From NCBI GenBank assembly GCA_900551525.1, contig URWD01000001.1, positions 5,164 through 69,163 on the forward strand: DNA of 64,000 nucleotides. The letters run 5' to 3'. Position numbers and translations under genes: made by a program. Shown piece after piece: positions 17,608-28,185 of this stretch. Positions within the stretch are counted from its first letter, which is position 1. Each line of letters opens with the position of its first letter. This stretch comes from an uncultured Mycoplasmatota bacterium (GTDB lineage: Bacteria; Bacillota_I; Bacilli_A; RF39; UBA660). The notes beneath the pieces were generated by a model, which was given only the letters and a program-made list of their open reading frames with translations, searched no databases and was not told where the DNA came from.

Positions 17608-17760
17608 GGTCGGACATGCCTGCCTAGCGTGTTCACGTGCTAGGTCAGGCGTGGTGTAAAATAAATGCGAAGTGAAGAAATTGGCGTGGTGGAAGAGCTA
17701 ACTGCCGAGTCTCACGGTTTGTGCGAGGAGAGACAGCGACGCCAAGTTATCAACAATAGT
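17430..17760 (+). other. GC-rich (about 50%) compositional island covering the last 180 bp of the CDS plus 150 bp of 3' flank, with an imperfect GC-rich hairpin at 17617-17649. Candidate DGR variable region, or horizontally acquired or gene-converted segment
   Basis: Abrupt change from about 27% GC. Clustered NNC codons (gtc atc ggc gtc ctc ggc agc atc cac gtc gtc ttc ctc tcc aac acc). Hairpin cctgcctagcgtg..cacgtgctaggtcagg. Confidence 0.5.
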
Positions 17761-17789
17761 TAATAAAATATCTGAAAGGAGATATATTT

Positions 17790-19886
17790 ATGGAAGAAGA
17801 AATATTAGAAGAAATTAATAATAATGCTAATGAAATAGTTGAGATTGATGAAAATGAAGAAATAAGTAATACTCAATATGATATGGAGCAAGTAAATATG
17901 CCTAAAAGTAAAAAGGAAAAGAAACCAAGTAAATGGAGTAAACTTGATAAGAAAAAGAAGATAATTATAATAGTTAGTATTGTAATAGTTTTACTTGTTA
18001 TAGTTGGAGTTATATTATACTTTTTAGTGTTTAAAAAAAATAATACGGTTGATAAACCTAAAGATCCTGTTGTAGTTATTGAAAAAGATAATTATAGATA
18101 TGAAGATGGTAAACTTATATTTATTGATAAAGATAAAAATGAATTAGGTAGTTATAATTGTGAAAATAAAAGTGAAAACTTATGTTATGTAGCAAATTAT
18201 AGTAATGAAGATAGCTTTGATTCATTTAAAAGAGTATATGAAAGTGGTTTACCTATTGATAATAGAACTGATATAATACTTAATAATTATGTATTTGTAT
18301 ATGATAATATGAAAAAAGAAAATGGGAATGTCGTATTATATGATATAAGTAAAGAAAAAGTATTAGATACTTATAACTTAGTTAAAGAAGTTAAAGATAG
18401 TAAAATTATATATAAAAAAGATAATAAATATGGATTAATTGAAATAAGTGATAATGAAGTAAAAGATGTTATTCAAAATTCTTATGAGTATATGGGTTAT
18501 ATTGAAGATACTGATGCTTTAGTAGTTTCTGTTAATAATAATTATTCTTTAGTGGATTTTGAGGGTAAAGAATTATCTAAAAATGTTCCAGGTTCTATTA
18601 AAACATTTGATGGAAGTAGTATTAGTGTTAAAGTTGGAAGTAACTGTTATATCTATGGTTATGATGGAAAACTTAAGGTAGAAGATGGTTATGATTATAT
18701 AAGATTTGTAGATAATTATGCTATTGCAGCCGATGGTAAGAAACTATATGTATATGATAAAGATGGAAGTCCAATGAATATGGATGGTGTTAGAATAAGT
18801 AGTAATAGTTATAATACGAAACTAATATTTAATGATAATTTAAGACAAGTTGGTAAAGAAGAAGCATTTAATGCATCTGTTACTGGAAAAACAATGCGTA
18901 TTGAATATGGTGATGAAGCTGCTAGAATTAATTTAAATGAAGGTGCTTTTAATAAATCTTTAGAATATGTAAGTTATTTTGAAGGAAAATTGTATTTTTA
19001 TAGTGATAGTGAAAAGACTGAACTAATTGGAAGTTATGCTTGTAATTATGCTAATGGTGTTTCTGAAGGTGATGAAGCACTAGGTAACTGTTTTATTGCT
19101 AAAGAAAGTAATATATTTAAAAGCGGAGAAAAAATAGATAATGGATATTTACCAATCTATAATAAACGTTTTGTCTTTATAGCAGATACTAAAGCTCCGA
19201 ATGCAAATGATAATATTATTCTTTGGGATTTAAAAGATAAGAAAAAGATTGCAACATATAAATCAGTTGATGTAGGTTTTCATGATATAACTAATAAAAT
19301 AAATTACATTGATACTGCAGGTACTTTGGTTGTTTCTAAGAGTGCTGAAGATGATGCTTATGGTGTTATAAATATAGCACAAGCTTCTGTAAAAGGAATT
19401 ATTCCATTTAGAATAAAAGATTCTGATGGTAGTGTAAGTGCTAAAAATATATCATTTAAATTAGTTGATGATCATTATGTAATTAAAAGAAGTGATGATA
19501 CATACCATATTTATGATAATAAAGGTAATGAACTTGCTAAAAATGTAAATACTAAATATGAAATTGTTAAGTATAAGAATGGATATTTAATGGTTAAAAA
19601 TAATGATAAATATTTGATATATGATAAAGATGGTAAAATAGTAAGTGATGAATATAAAAATATTATTATGGAAAATAGATTTTATATAACTATTGATAAA
19701 GATAATGTTGTTGGTGTTTTTAAATATGATAGTAAAAATGATTTAACTCGTACTCTTGGAGAAGTAATAAAACTTGATAGTGATGATTATGCTAAAGAGT
19801 TATCATATGTTGTTAAAGATAATATTTTAAAAATAACTTATAGTCATGATGGAAGTACTACAAGTGTAGAAATAAATATTGGGTAG
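17790..19886 (+). CDS. Membrane-anchored WG-repeat (KWG-like beta-propeller repeat) protein, 698 aa
   Basis: Acidic N-terminus, one TM, then many repeats of the (N/D)KYGLI(D/E)..GK.V...Y type (NKYGLIEISDNEV, DKYLIYDKDGKIVSDEYKNI). Confidence 0.55.
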   Translation: MEEEILEEINNNANEIVEIDENEEISNTQYDMEQVNMPKSKKEKKPSKWSKLDKKKKIIIIVSIVIVLLVIVGVILYFLVFKKNNTVDKPKDPVVVIEKDNYRYEDGKLIFIDKDKNELGSYNCENKSENLCYVANYSNEDSFDSFKRVYESGLPIDNRTDIILNNYVFVYDNMKKENGNVVLYDISKEKVLDTYNLVKEVKDSKIIYKKDNKYGLIEISDNEVKDVIQNSYEYMGYIEDTDALVVSVNNNYSLVDFEGKELSKNVPGSIKTFDGSSISVKVGSNCYIYGYDGKLKVEDGYDYIRFVDNYAIAADGKKLYVYDKDGSPMNMDGVRISSNSYNTKLIFNDNLRQVGKEEAFNASVTGKTMRIEYGDEAARINLNEGAFNKSLEYVSYFEGKLYFYSDSEKTELIGSYACNYANGVSEGDEALGNCFIAKESNIFKSGEKIDNGYLPIYNKRFVFIADTKAPNANDNIILWDLKDKKKIATYKSVDVGFHDITNKINYIDTAGTLVVSKSAEDDAYGVINIAQASVKGIIPFRIKDSDGSVSAKNISFKLVDDHYVIKRSDDTYHIYDNKGNELAKNVNTKYEIVKYKNGYLMVKNNDKYLIYDKDGKIVSDEYKNIIMENRFYITIDKDNVVGVFKYDSKNDLTRTLGEVIKLDSDDYAKELSYVVKDNILKITYSHDGSTTSVEINIG

Positions 19887-19891
19887 ATAAT

Positions 19892-20803
19892 ATGAAGGAT
19901 AAAAAGACATTAATAACAATAATTGTGCTTTTGGTAATATTTTTACCTATTGGGCTAGTTGGTACTATTAAACATTTTAGTTTACCTAAACAATTAGATA
20001 ATGGTATAGAAAATCCAGATAAAGAGTTTATACATAATAATAAAGTTTATTTCTATATAGGAGATAAATTAATGAGTACTTATGAATGTAGTACTTGCTC
20101 TATAGCTGATACTGTAATTGATGATAGTAAATATCATACAAATTATTATAAAGGTGATGATTTAGTCTTATCTGGTGTTATAAATAACTTCTTTAGTGTA
20201 TTTAAGAAAGATAATAATTATGTTTTATATAATGTAGTAAGTAAAGGTATTGTTGATCAGTATAAAGAAATTAAAAATTATAATACTGAAGCAACAAGTA
20301 GTTTTTTAATAAATCATAAAAGTAGTGGATGGGGAGTTTTATTCTTTGAAATTGGTAAAGTTGCTATTGCAAGTGAATATGATTATATTTCTTTACCATC
20401 ACATTTAATTAATAAAAAGCTAGATACTTCTAAATTTATTGCTATGAGAAGTAACTTGTGGTATATAATAAAAGATGATGGAACTTCAGTTCATAAAGCT
20501 TTAAGAAGTGAAATAGTAGATTTTAATGATAATTATTATATAACATATGATAATGGATATCATATATATGATTATGAAGATGTAGAATATTTAAGTGCTT
20601 TACCTAAGACTAATGTATATGGTGTTGGAGATTATATATTTATAATTAATGATAAACAATTATTTATTTATAAGAATTTAAATGAAGCTATGGTTAAATT
20701 TATGACTCTTCCAGATTATAAAGATTTATATTTTTCAGTAGAAGAAAAGGGAATTGATATTATAATTGATGGAAATGTTGTAGAAACACTTGAACTTAGT
20801 TAA
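19892..20803 (+). CDS. Membrane-anchored hypothetical protein (303 aa), related in architecture to the preceding gene
   Basis: The N-terminal TM and similar Y/D/K-rich repeats. Confidence 0.55.
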   Translation: MKDKKTLITIIVLLVIFLPIGLVGTIKHFSLPKQLDNGIENPDKEFIHNNKVYFYIGDKLMSTYECSTCSIADTVIDDSKYHTNYYKGDDLVLSGVINNFFSVFKKDNNYVLYNVVSKGIVDQYKEIKNYNTEATSSFLINHKSSGWGVLFFEIGKVAIASEYDYISLPSHLINKKLDTSKFIAMRSNLWYIIKDDGTSVHKALRSEIVDFNDNYYITYDNGYHIYDYEDVEYLSALPKTNVYGVGDYIFIINDKQLFIYKNLNEAMVKFMTLPDYKDLYFSVEEKGIDIIIDGNVVETLELS

Positions 20804-20859
20804 ATTATTTGTTAAAATAAGTTCGTATTTTGATGATTTTTGAGGAGTAATATAATTTA

Positions 20860-21012
20860 TTTTGAAGAGAGTTAGTGGGTGGTGGAAACTAATAAAGATA
20901 TTATATGAAGGTTGCAAAATGAAAAATAATGCAGAGATGCTATAAAATCAATTAAGTTAAATAAAAGGATGGTACCGTCAAGAATTGACTCCTTGGTATC
21001 ATTCTTTTTTTG
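20860..21012 (+). promoter_or_regulatory. T-box riboswitch leader of valS
   Basis: Conserved T-box AAAAGGATGGTACCG (20962-20976) and a terminator ending in T8 (21001-21008). Stem I AG-box gtggaaactaataaag. A possible Val specifier is GUU near 20910. Confidence 0.75.
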
Positions 21013-21032
21013 TATAGAAAGAAGGAAGTAAT

Positions 21033-23552
21033 ATGTTAGAAAAAAAGTATAATCATTTGGAAGTAGAAAATGGTAAATATGAAAAATGGGTTAAGAATGG
21101 TTATTTTGAAGAAAGAGAAGGAGGAAAGCCTTATGCTATTGTTATTCCACCACCTAATGTAACTGGAAAATTACATTTAGGTCATGCTTGGGATACAACT
21201 CTTCAAGATATTATTATTCGTTTTAAGAAAATGCAAGGATTTAATGCTATTTGGATTCCTGGTATGGATCATGCTGGTATTGCAACTCAAGCTAAAGTTG
21301 ATGCTAAGCTTAAAGAAATGGGTATTAAGCCTAGAGAACTTGATAGGGATGAGTGGCTTCGTTATGCTTGGGATTGGAAAAATGAATATGCTGAAAATAT
21401 TCATAAACAATGGGCTAAGTTAGGTCTTTCACTATGTTATTCAAAAGAAAGATTTACTCTAGATGAAGGATTAAATAGAGCTGTTAATCATGTATTTAAA
21501 ACACTTTTTGATGAAGGATTAATATATCGTGGAGAAAGAATTATTAACTGGGATCCTGCTCAAATGACAGCACTTTCTAATGAAGAAGTTATTTATAAAG
21601 AAGTAAAAGGGGCTTTTTATCATATTAAATATTATTTAGAAAATAGTGATGAATATTTAGAAGTTGCCACAACTAGACCTGAAACATTATTTGGGGATAC
21701 AGCAGTTGCAGTTAATCCAGATGATGAAAGATATAAAGACTTAATTGGTAAAAATGTTATTTTGCCAGTAGTTGGAAAGCTTATTCCAATTGTTGGTGAT
21801 GAACATGCTGATCCTGAGTTTGGCACAGGTATTGTTAAGATTACTCCGGCTCACGATCCTAATGACTTTGAAGTTGGTAATAGACATAACTTAGAGAGAA
21901 TTATTTGTATAAATCCTGATGGAACTATGAATGAAAATGCAGGAAAGTTTGCTGGTCTTGATAGATTTGTTGCCCGTGAAAAGTTAGTGGAATATTTAAA
22001 AGAAAATGATTTACTTATAAGTGTTGAAGAAATAATGCATAATGTTGGACATAGTGAGAGAAGTGGAGTAATGGTTGAACCATATCTTTCTAAACAATGG
22101 TTTGTTAAAATGCGTCCTCTTGCTGATAGAGTATTAGAAAATCAAAAGAATAAAGATACTAAAGTAAATTTTGTACCAACTAGATATGAAAAAATTATGA
22201 ATCACTGGATGGAAATAACTTATGACTGGTGTATTTCTCGTCAGCTTTGGTGGGGGCATAGAATTCCTGCTTGGTATAAAGGTGATGAAGTTTACGTTGG
22301 TGAAGTTGCCCCCGATGGTGATGGCTGGGTTCAAGATAGTGATGTTTTAGATACATGGTTCTCAAGTGCTTTATGGCCATTTTCAACACTTGGCTGGCCA
22401 GAAGAAACTGAAGATTTTAAGAAATTTTATCCAAATAACGTATTAGTTACAGGTTATGATATTATCCCATTCTGGGTTAATCGTATGACTTTCCAAGGTC
22501 TTCATTTTACTGGTCAAAGACCATTTAAAGATTGTTTAATTCATGGACTTATTCGTGATAAACAAGGAAGAAAAATGAGTAAATCTTTAGGCAATGGTGT
22601 AGATCCAATGGATGTTATAGATACTTATGGTGCAGATGCCCTTAGATTTTTCTTGACTACATCTAGTGCTGCTGGAACTGATTTAAGATACGATGAAGAA
22701 AAAGTAAAAGCTAGTTGGAATTTTATTAATAAATTATGGAATGCTTCACGTTTTGTTCTTATGAATATTGAAGATTTAAATGGTTTAAGTTTTGATAATT
22801 TAAAAATGGAAGATAAATGGATTTTAACAAGTTTAAATAATACTATTAAAAGTGTAACTAAGAATATGGAACAATACGATTTTAATAACGTTGGAACAGA
22901 AATTTATAGCTTTGTATGGAATGATTTTTGTGATAATTATATTGAGTTTGCTAAGTTTAGTTTGGATGATGTAACGACTAAATCTGTACTTTGTTATGTA
23001 CTTACTTGCATACTTAAAATACTTCATCCATTTATGCCTTATGTTACTGATGAACTTTATAGTAATTTGCCAATGCATGAAGAAAATATAATTTTATCAG
23101 AGTATCCAAAATATAATGATGATGAAGTGTTCGATAAAGAATATGAAGAATTTACAAATATTATTGAATTTATCAAAGTATTTAGAAATGTAAAACTTGA
23201 AAATAAAATTGGTAAAGATTTTGGTATAAAGATAAATAATCATGAAGATTATAGTTTAATAATGAAACTTCTTCGTATAAATTTAGATGAACATAATGAA
23301 ATAAAAGGTACTAAGTATAGTGTTATTTATAAAAATTATAATTTAGATATTTATTATGAAAAAGAAGTTACTGAAGAAGATATGATGCTTTTAAATAAAC
23401 AAATTAGTGAACTTGAAAGCTCAATTGAAAGAAGAAAAAAACTTTTAAGTAATGGAAATTATGTTGCTAAAGCACCAAAAGAACTTGTTGAAAAAGAAAG
23501 ACTTACATTAAAAGCTGAAGAAGAAAAATTAGCAAAATTAAAAAATGAATAA
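21033..23552 (+). CDS. valS: Valine--tRNA ligase
   Basis: [14 protein letters not shown] (HIGH), KMSKSLGN, editing domain, C-terminal coiled coil. 839 aa. Confidence 0.93.
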   Translation: MLEKKYNHLEVENGKYEKWVKNGYFEEREGGKPYAIVIPPPNVTGKLHLGHAWDTTLQDIIIRFKKMQGFNAIWIPGMDHAGIATQAKVDAKLKEMGIKPRELDRDEWLRYAWDWKNEYAENIHKQWAKLGLSLCYSKERFTLDEGLNRAVNHVFKTLFDEGLIYRGERIINWDPAQMTALSNEEVIYKEVKGAFYHIKYYLENSDEYLEVATTRPETLFGDTAVAVNPDDERYKDLIGKNVILPVVGKLIPIVGDEHADPEFGTGIVKITPAHDPNDFEVGNRHNLERIICINPDGTMNENAGKFAGLDRFVAREKLVEYLKENDLLISVEEIMHNVGHSERSGVMVEPYLSKQWFVKMRPLADRVLENQKNKDTKVNFVPTRYEKIMNHWMEITYDWCISRQLWWGHRIPAWYKGDEVYVGEVAPDGDGWVQDSDVLDTWFSSALWPFSTLGWPEETEDFKKFYPNNVLVTGYDIIPFWVNRMTFQGLHFTGQRPFKDCLIHGLIRDKQGRKMSKSLGNGVDPMDVIDTYGADALRFFLTTSSAAGTDLRYDEEKVKASWNFINKLWNASRFVLMNIEDLNGLSFDNLKMEDKWILTSLNNTIKSVTKNMEQYDFNNVGTEIYSFVWNDFCDNYIEFAKFSLDDVTTKSVLCYVLTCILKILHPFMPYVTDELYSNLPMHEENIILSEYPKYNDDEVFDKEYEEFTNIIEFIKVFRNVKLENKIGKDFGIKINNHEDYSLIMKLLRINLDEHNEIKGTKYSVIYKNYNLDIYYEKEVTEEDMMLLNKQISELESSIERRKKLLSNGNYVAKAPKELVEKERLTLKAEEEKLAKLKNE

Positions 23553-23559
23553 TGTAATT

Positions 23560-23590
23560 GGCTATTAGAGGTGTTCTAATAGTCTTTTTT
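23560..23590 (+). terminator. Rho-independent terminator of valS
   Basis: ctattagag-gtgtt-ctaatag followed by T6. Confidence 0.7.
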
Positions 23591-23787
23591 GTTTGTATTT
23601 TGCACTAAATTAATAAAAAGATTTAAAAAAAGAAAAAAATTGCATGCTTTAGGAAGAAAATGAATGTATATCAAAATAATTGATTATATTTGCTTATTTA
23701 AAAAAGAAATGGAAAAAAAGAAAATATTCTTATTAAAAATTTACAAAATAAAATAAATTTGTTACAATATTGTACGAGGAAAGATAT

Positions 23788-24360
23788 ATGAAAGATGCAA
23801 TATTATATAAAATATTAAGACCTCTAATTACAGGGTTTTATAAATTGTTTTTTACACCAAAATTTATTGGTACTGAAAATATTCCTGCTAGTGGTAGTGT
23901 TGTTTTGGCAGGTAATCATACCAGTAATTTTGATGCACCGCTACTTATAAGTGCTACAAAAAGAAATGTTCATTTCTTGGCTAAAAAAGAGTTATGGGAT
24001 GGCCCCAAAAAAATTATTTTTGCTAATATGGGACTTATTCCAGTAGATAGAAAAAATAAAGATGGAAATGCTTTGATTATGGCAGAAAGATATCTTAAAA
24101 ATGAAAAATTAATTGGAATATTTCCTGAAGGTACAACAGAAAAAACTGGTGAAATGCTTAAGTTTAAAAAAGGTACTGTTAAAATGGCGGTAGATACTGA
24201 TAGCCCAATTGTTCCTTTTGTAATTACTGGCAAATATAAATTATTTTCTAAAGATTTAACGATCAAGTTTTTAGAGCCAATTAAATGTAATGGTGATATA
24301 AAGGAAGAAACAGAGAGACTTATGAATATAATTAAAAAGGAAAGGGAGAATCTAAGATGA
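23788..24360 (+). CDS. 1-acyl-sn-glycerol-3-phosphate acyltransferase (PlsC family)
   Basis: NHTSNFDAPL (HX4D) and FPEGT motifs. RBS gagga precedes ATG 23788. Confidence 0.8.
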   Translation: MKDAILYKILRPLITGFYKLFFTPKFIGTENIPASGSVVLAGNHTSNFDAPLLISATKRNVHFLAKKELWDGPKKIIFANMGLIPVDRKNKDGNALIMAERYLKNEKLIGIFPEGTTEKTGEMLKFKKGTVKMAVDTDSPIVPFVITGKYKLFSKDLTIKFLEPIKCNGDIKEETERLMNIIKKERENLR

Positions 24361-26090
24361 ATTTATTTGCATTTTTAAGAAGAAGAAAACCTATACCTGA
24401 ACCATGGGCTAAATATTATACGAAAGAAGAATTAAATATAAAAATACCTGATATAAGTATGTATGATCAAGTAAAAAAAAGTAGTTATTTGTACCCAAAT
24501 TATATAGCTTATGAATATATGGGGCGGAAATGTAATTATCAAAATTTTATTAAAGAAATAAATGCTTATGCCAAAGTTTTTACGAAAGCTGGAGTTAAGC
24601 ATGGGGATATTGTTACAATAATGCTTCCAAATATGCCAAATGTTTTAGTTAGTTTGTATGCATTAAATAAAATCGGTGCTATTGCTAATATGGTACATCC
24701 TTTATCTAGTGAAGAAGAAATATTATTTAGTCTGACATCTACCAAAAGTAAACATTTAATAATGCTAAATACTTTTTATACAAAGATTGAAAATATTATA
24801 GATAAAACAGATGTAAAAGAAGTTATTTTTGCTAGTGCATCTGATTATATGCCTTTTTTTCTTAAAGTTGGTTACAATTTAAGTCAAATTGGTAAATATA
24901 AAAAACATCCAAAAAGGGATAAATATTTAAGTTGGAAAGGTTTTTATAAAAAATATTATAGTACTGAATATATAAAATTTCCTAAGTTTGGAAAGGATAC
25001 ACCCGCAGTTATAATTCATAGTGGTGGTACTAGTGGAACACCCAAAAATGTTGTTATTCAGAATAGAGCATTTATTCTTGGAGCACTTCAAGAAAAAATA
25101 TCAATGAAAAATTTGCATGCTGGAGATTGTTGTCTTGCTATTATGCCTAATTTTCATGGCTTTGGTTTAAGTGTTTTGATGCATACACCACTTGCACTTG
25201 GCTGTTATACAATTTTAATTCCTCAATTTGATGCTAAAAAGTTTGATATTATGTTTCATAAGAAAAATCCATCATGTGTTTTGGGAGTGCCAACATTATT
25301 TGAAGCTTTAATGAGTAATAATAATGTTAAGAATTTGGATTTATCAAATTTGAAGTATATTGTTTCTGGCGGAGACATTCTACCTAAATCTTTGGAAAAT
25401 AAAATGAATGAATATTTAAAAGAACATAATTCACCAGGAAAAATTACTCAAGGATATGGACTATCTGAGGCTCTGGCAGCTGTTTGTCTTGCTTGTGATG
25501 ATGTAAATAAATCTGGTTCAGTTGGCATACCACTTGCAGGAAATCAAGTTAAGATTATTGATCCAGCAACTAGAGAAACTTTAAAATATGGAAAAGTCGG
25601 GGAAATATGTGTTCATTCAAAAGCTTTTATGCAAGGTTATTTAAATGATGAAAGTGAAACGAATACTGCACTTCAAGTACATAAAGATGGACATGTTTGG
25701 CTTCATACTGGTGATTTAGGTTATATGGATGAAGATGGTTTTGTTTTTTATAAAGGAAGACTTAAAAGAATGATTGTTTCAAGTGGATATAACGTGTATC
25801 CATCACATGTTGAAGAAGTTATTGAATCACATCCTGCAGTGTTGCAATGTACTGTTGTTGGGGTTCCTCATCCTTATAAACAAGAAGTGCCAAAAGCTTT
25901 TATAGTTCTAAAAGAAGGTTATATTGCTATGTTTGTTAAAGATGATATTAAAGCATATTGCAAGAAAAAATTATCTAAGTATATGATACCAGCTGAATTT
26001 GTTTTTAGAAAAAGGCTTCCTAAAACAAAACTTGGTAAAGTAGATTTTAAGAGTTTACAAAAAGATACTCGAGGTGATTACGATGAATAA
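24357..26090 (+). CDS. AMP-dependent synthetase/ligase (long-chain fatty-acid--CoA ligase-like)
   Basis: AMP-binding signature IHSGGTSGTPK, GYGLSE, TGDLGYMDEDGFVFYKGRLKRMI. Confidence 0.85.
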   Translation: MNLFAFLRRRKPIPEPWAKYYTKEELNIKIPDISMYDQVKKSSYLYPNYIAYEYMGRKCNYQNFIKEINAYAKVFTKAGVKHGDIVTIMLPNMPNVLVSLYALNKIGAIANMVHPLSSEEEILFSLTSTKSKHLIMLNTFYTKIENIIDKTDVKEVIFASASDYMPFFLKVGYNLSQIGKYKKHPKRDKYLSWKGFYKKYYSTEYIKFPKFGKDTPAVIIHSGGTSGTPKNVVIQNRAFILGALQEKISMKNLHAGDCCLAIMPNFHGFGLSVLMHTPLALGCYTILIPQFDAKKFDIMFHKKNPSCVLGVPTLFEALMSNNNVKNLDLSNLKYIVSGGDILPKSLENKMNEYLKEHNSPGKITQGYGLSEALAAVCLACDDVNKSGSVGIPLAGNQVKIIDPATRETLKYGKVGEICVHSKAFMQGYLNDESETNTALQVHKDGHVWLHTGDLGYMDEDGFVFYKGRLKRMIVSSGYNVYPSHVEEVIESHPAVLQCTVVGVPHPYKQEVPKAFIVLKEGYIAMFVKDDIKAYCKKKLSKYMIPAEFVFRKRLPKTKLGKVDFKSLQKDTRGDYDE

Positions 26091-26673
26091 AATGCCTATT
26101 TTATATAGAATTGGAAGATTTATACTTGGACCATTTTTTAAATGGTATTATAATCCCACAATAATTGGAAAAGAAAATATACCAAAAGAAGGTGCTATAT
26201 TAATAGTAGGTAATCATAAGCATTTATATGATCAATGTTTATCAATTATTTCTACCAAAAGATTTATTAAATATATGGCAAAAAGGGAATATTTTGATAA
26301 TAGAAAGACAAGATGGTTCTTTAAAGCAGTTGGATGTATTTCTGTAGATCGAAGTGTTCATGATGGTAAAGCAAAAGGAGAAGCAATTGAAACTCTTAAA
26401 AATGGAGGAGCTATTGGTCTTTTTCCTGAAGGCACTAGAAATAAAACTCAAGAGTTTTTACTTCCTTTCAAATTTGGTGCTGTTTCGATGGCCAAAAAAA
26501 CTGATGCTTATTTAGTGCCATTTGGGATTACTGGTGATTACATTTTTAGAAGTAAAAATTTAGTAATTAAATATGGTAAGCCTTTTAAAGTAACGGATAT
26601 GGAACTTGAAGAAGCTAATAATTTGCTATATGAAACAGTAAAAAAATTAATGGAAGATACATTGGAAAAGTAG
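26083..26673 (+). CDS. 1-acylglycerol-3-phosphate O-acyltransferase family protein (second PlsC paralogue)
   Basis: GNHKHLYDQCL (HX4D-like) and FPEGTRNK. RBS gaggtga precedes ATG 26083, which overlaps the upstream stop. Confidence 0.8.
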   Translation: MNKMPILYRIGRFILGPFFKWYYNPTIIGKENIPKEGAILIVGNHKHLYDQCLSIISTKRFIKYMAKREYFDNRKTRWFFKAVGCISVDRSVHDGKAKGEAIETLKNGGAIGLFPEGTRNKTQEFLLPFKFGAVSMAKKTDAYLVPFGITGDYIFRSKNLVIKYGKPFKVTDMELEEANNLLYETVKKLMEDTLEK

Positions 26674-26743
26674 AATATATTCTGCTTTTTTTCTTGTATT
26701 TGAAAGTTTATTATTATATAATTATTTTGAAAGTGAGGTTTTT

Positions 26744-27676
26744 ATGAAAAATATAACAATTTTAGGTGGTGGAGTATTAGGTAGTCAAATTGCATTTCAA
26801 ACATGCTACTGTGGATATAATGTCACAATTTATTTGAGAAGTAAAGAAAGTGTTAAAAGATGTAAGAAAAAACTTGAAGATGTAAAGAAATCTTATATTG
26901 ATGCTATAAATATGATGAAAAAAGATAAAGATATCAATACTTGGTCTTTAGGTATAGCAGATTTTGATAAATTTAATGCTAGTAAATCTTTAAAAATCGT
27001 TGAAGAAGTTCTAAATAAAATCAATTTTGAAATTGATTTAGAAAAATCTGTTTGTGATGCTGATTTAGTAATTGAGTCTATGAGTGAAGATTTTGAAGCT
27101 AAAAAAGAAATTTATCAAAGAATAGCATCACTTCTTCCAGAAAAAACAATACTAGTTACTAATTCATCAACGATGCTTCCAAGTAAACTTGCAAAGTTTA
27201 CGAAAAGAGAGGATAAGTTTTTAGCACTTCATTTTGCTAATTCAATATGGAAAAATAATATTGTTGAAGTAATGATGCATAAAGGTACTAATGAAAAATA
27301 TTTTGAAGAAGTAATAGATTTTGCTAAAAGTATTAGGATGGTACCACTTCCACTTCGAAAAGAAAAATCGGGATATTTACTTAATTCAATGCTAATTCCA
27401 CTTTTGTTTTCTGGTCTTGATTTACTTGTAAATGGCATAAGTGATGTAGAAAGTATTGATACAGCTTGGAAAAGAGGAACTGGATCACCAAAAGGACCAT
27501 TTGAAATACTTGATACAGTTGGACTTAAAACAGCGTATGATATTGTATTAATGTATGTTAAAATTCCTAAATTTCTAGCACCGTATAACTTTAAAGGTAT
27601 GGAAAAGTTACTTAAAAATTATATTGATGAAGGAAAGCTCGGTAAGTCTAGCGGGGAAGGATTTTATAAATATTAA
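26744..27676 (+). CDS. 3-hydroxyacyl-CoA (3-hydroxybutyryl-CoA) dehydrogenase family protein
   Basis: N-terminal Rossmann ILGGGVLGSQIAFQ. A C-terminal 3HCDH-like domain. Confidence 0.75.
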   Translation: MKNITILGGGVLGSQIAFQTCYCGYNVTIYLRSKESVKRCKKKLEDVKKSYIDAINMMKKDKDINTWSLGIADFDKFNASKSLKIVEEVLNKINFEIDLEKSVCDADLVIESMSEDFEAKKEIYQRIASLLPEKTILVTNSSTMLPSKLAKFTKREDKFLALHFANSIWKNNIVEVMMHKGTNEKYFEEVIDFAKSIRMVPLPLRKEKSGYLLNSMLIPLLFSGLDLLVNGISDVESIDTAWKRGTGSPKGPFEILDTVGLKTAYDIVLMYVKIPKFLAPYNFKGMEKLLKNYIDEGKLGKSSGEGFYKY

Positions 27677-28185
27677 TGTATATATGGTTTTATGAAACCC
27701 CATCTGGTTTTGATAATATGGTTATGACATCAGACGGAAAATACTTAACAGCTTTAGTATTTCAAAATTCTAATGATATAGAAAAAATAGAAAAAAATGC
27801 AAAAGAAGAATGTTTAGATATCTTTAAAGAAACAAGTAATTGGTTAGATTTATATTTTGAAGGCAAAATACCTGATTTTATACCTTCATATAAATTAGAA
27901 AATTTGAGTAGATTTACTTTAGAAGTAATAGAGTATATAAAGAAAATTCCATATGGCAAAGTAATAAGTTATGGTGATATAGCAAAATGTATTGCTAAAA
28001 AGAAAAATATAAAAAGAATGTCTGCTCAAGCTGTTGGCGGTGCAGTGGGTAGAAATCCAATTTGCATTATAATTCCTTGTCATAGGGTTATGGGTGCAAA
28101 TAATAAAATTACTGGTTATGGTGGTGGCATAAACAATAAAATTAAATTACTAGAAAAGGAAGGTTATTATGAATACAAGAAATAG
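27676..28185 (+). CDS. ogt: Methylated-DNA--protein-cysteine methyltransferase
   Basis: Active-site IPCHRV plus a helix-turn-helix. The start overlaps the upstream stop (TAATG). Confidence 0.85.
   Translation: MYIWFYETPSGFDNMVMTSDGKYLTALVFQNSNDIEKIEKNAKEECLDIFKETSNWLDLYFEGKIPDFIPSYKLENLSRFTLEVIEYIKKIPYGKVISYGDIAKCIAKKKNIKRMSAQAVGGAVGRNPICIIIPCHRVMGANNKITGYGGGINNKIKLLEKEGYYEYKK

Noticed and set aside
17665-17763. 33-aa ORF (MRSEEIGVVEELTAESHGLCEERQRRQVINNS) in the GC-rich 3' flank of the secreted-protein gene
   Set aside because: No Shine-Dalgarno sequence and no motif. Probably a chance ORF in GC-rich sequence; mentioned only because an accessory gene would be expected next to a DGR VR.
16171-20803. 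Complete DGR (target plus accessory plus TR plus reverse transcriptase) within the window
   Set aside because: None of the downstream ORFs (17790, 19892) nor any other ORF in the window shows RT motifs (no YxDD block). No second GC-rich region resembles 17440-17600. Only an orphan VR-like region can be claimed.
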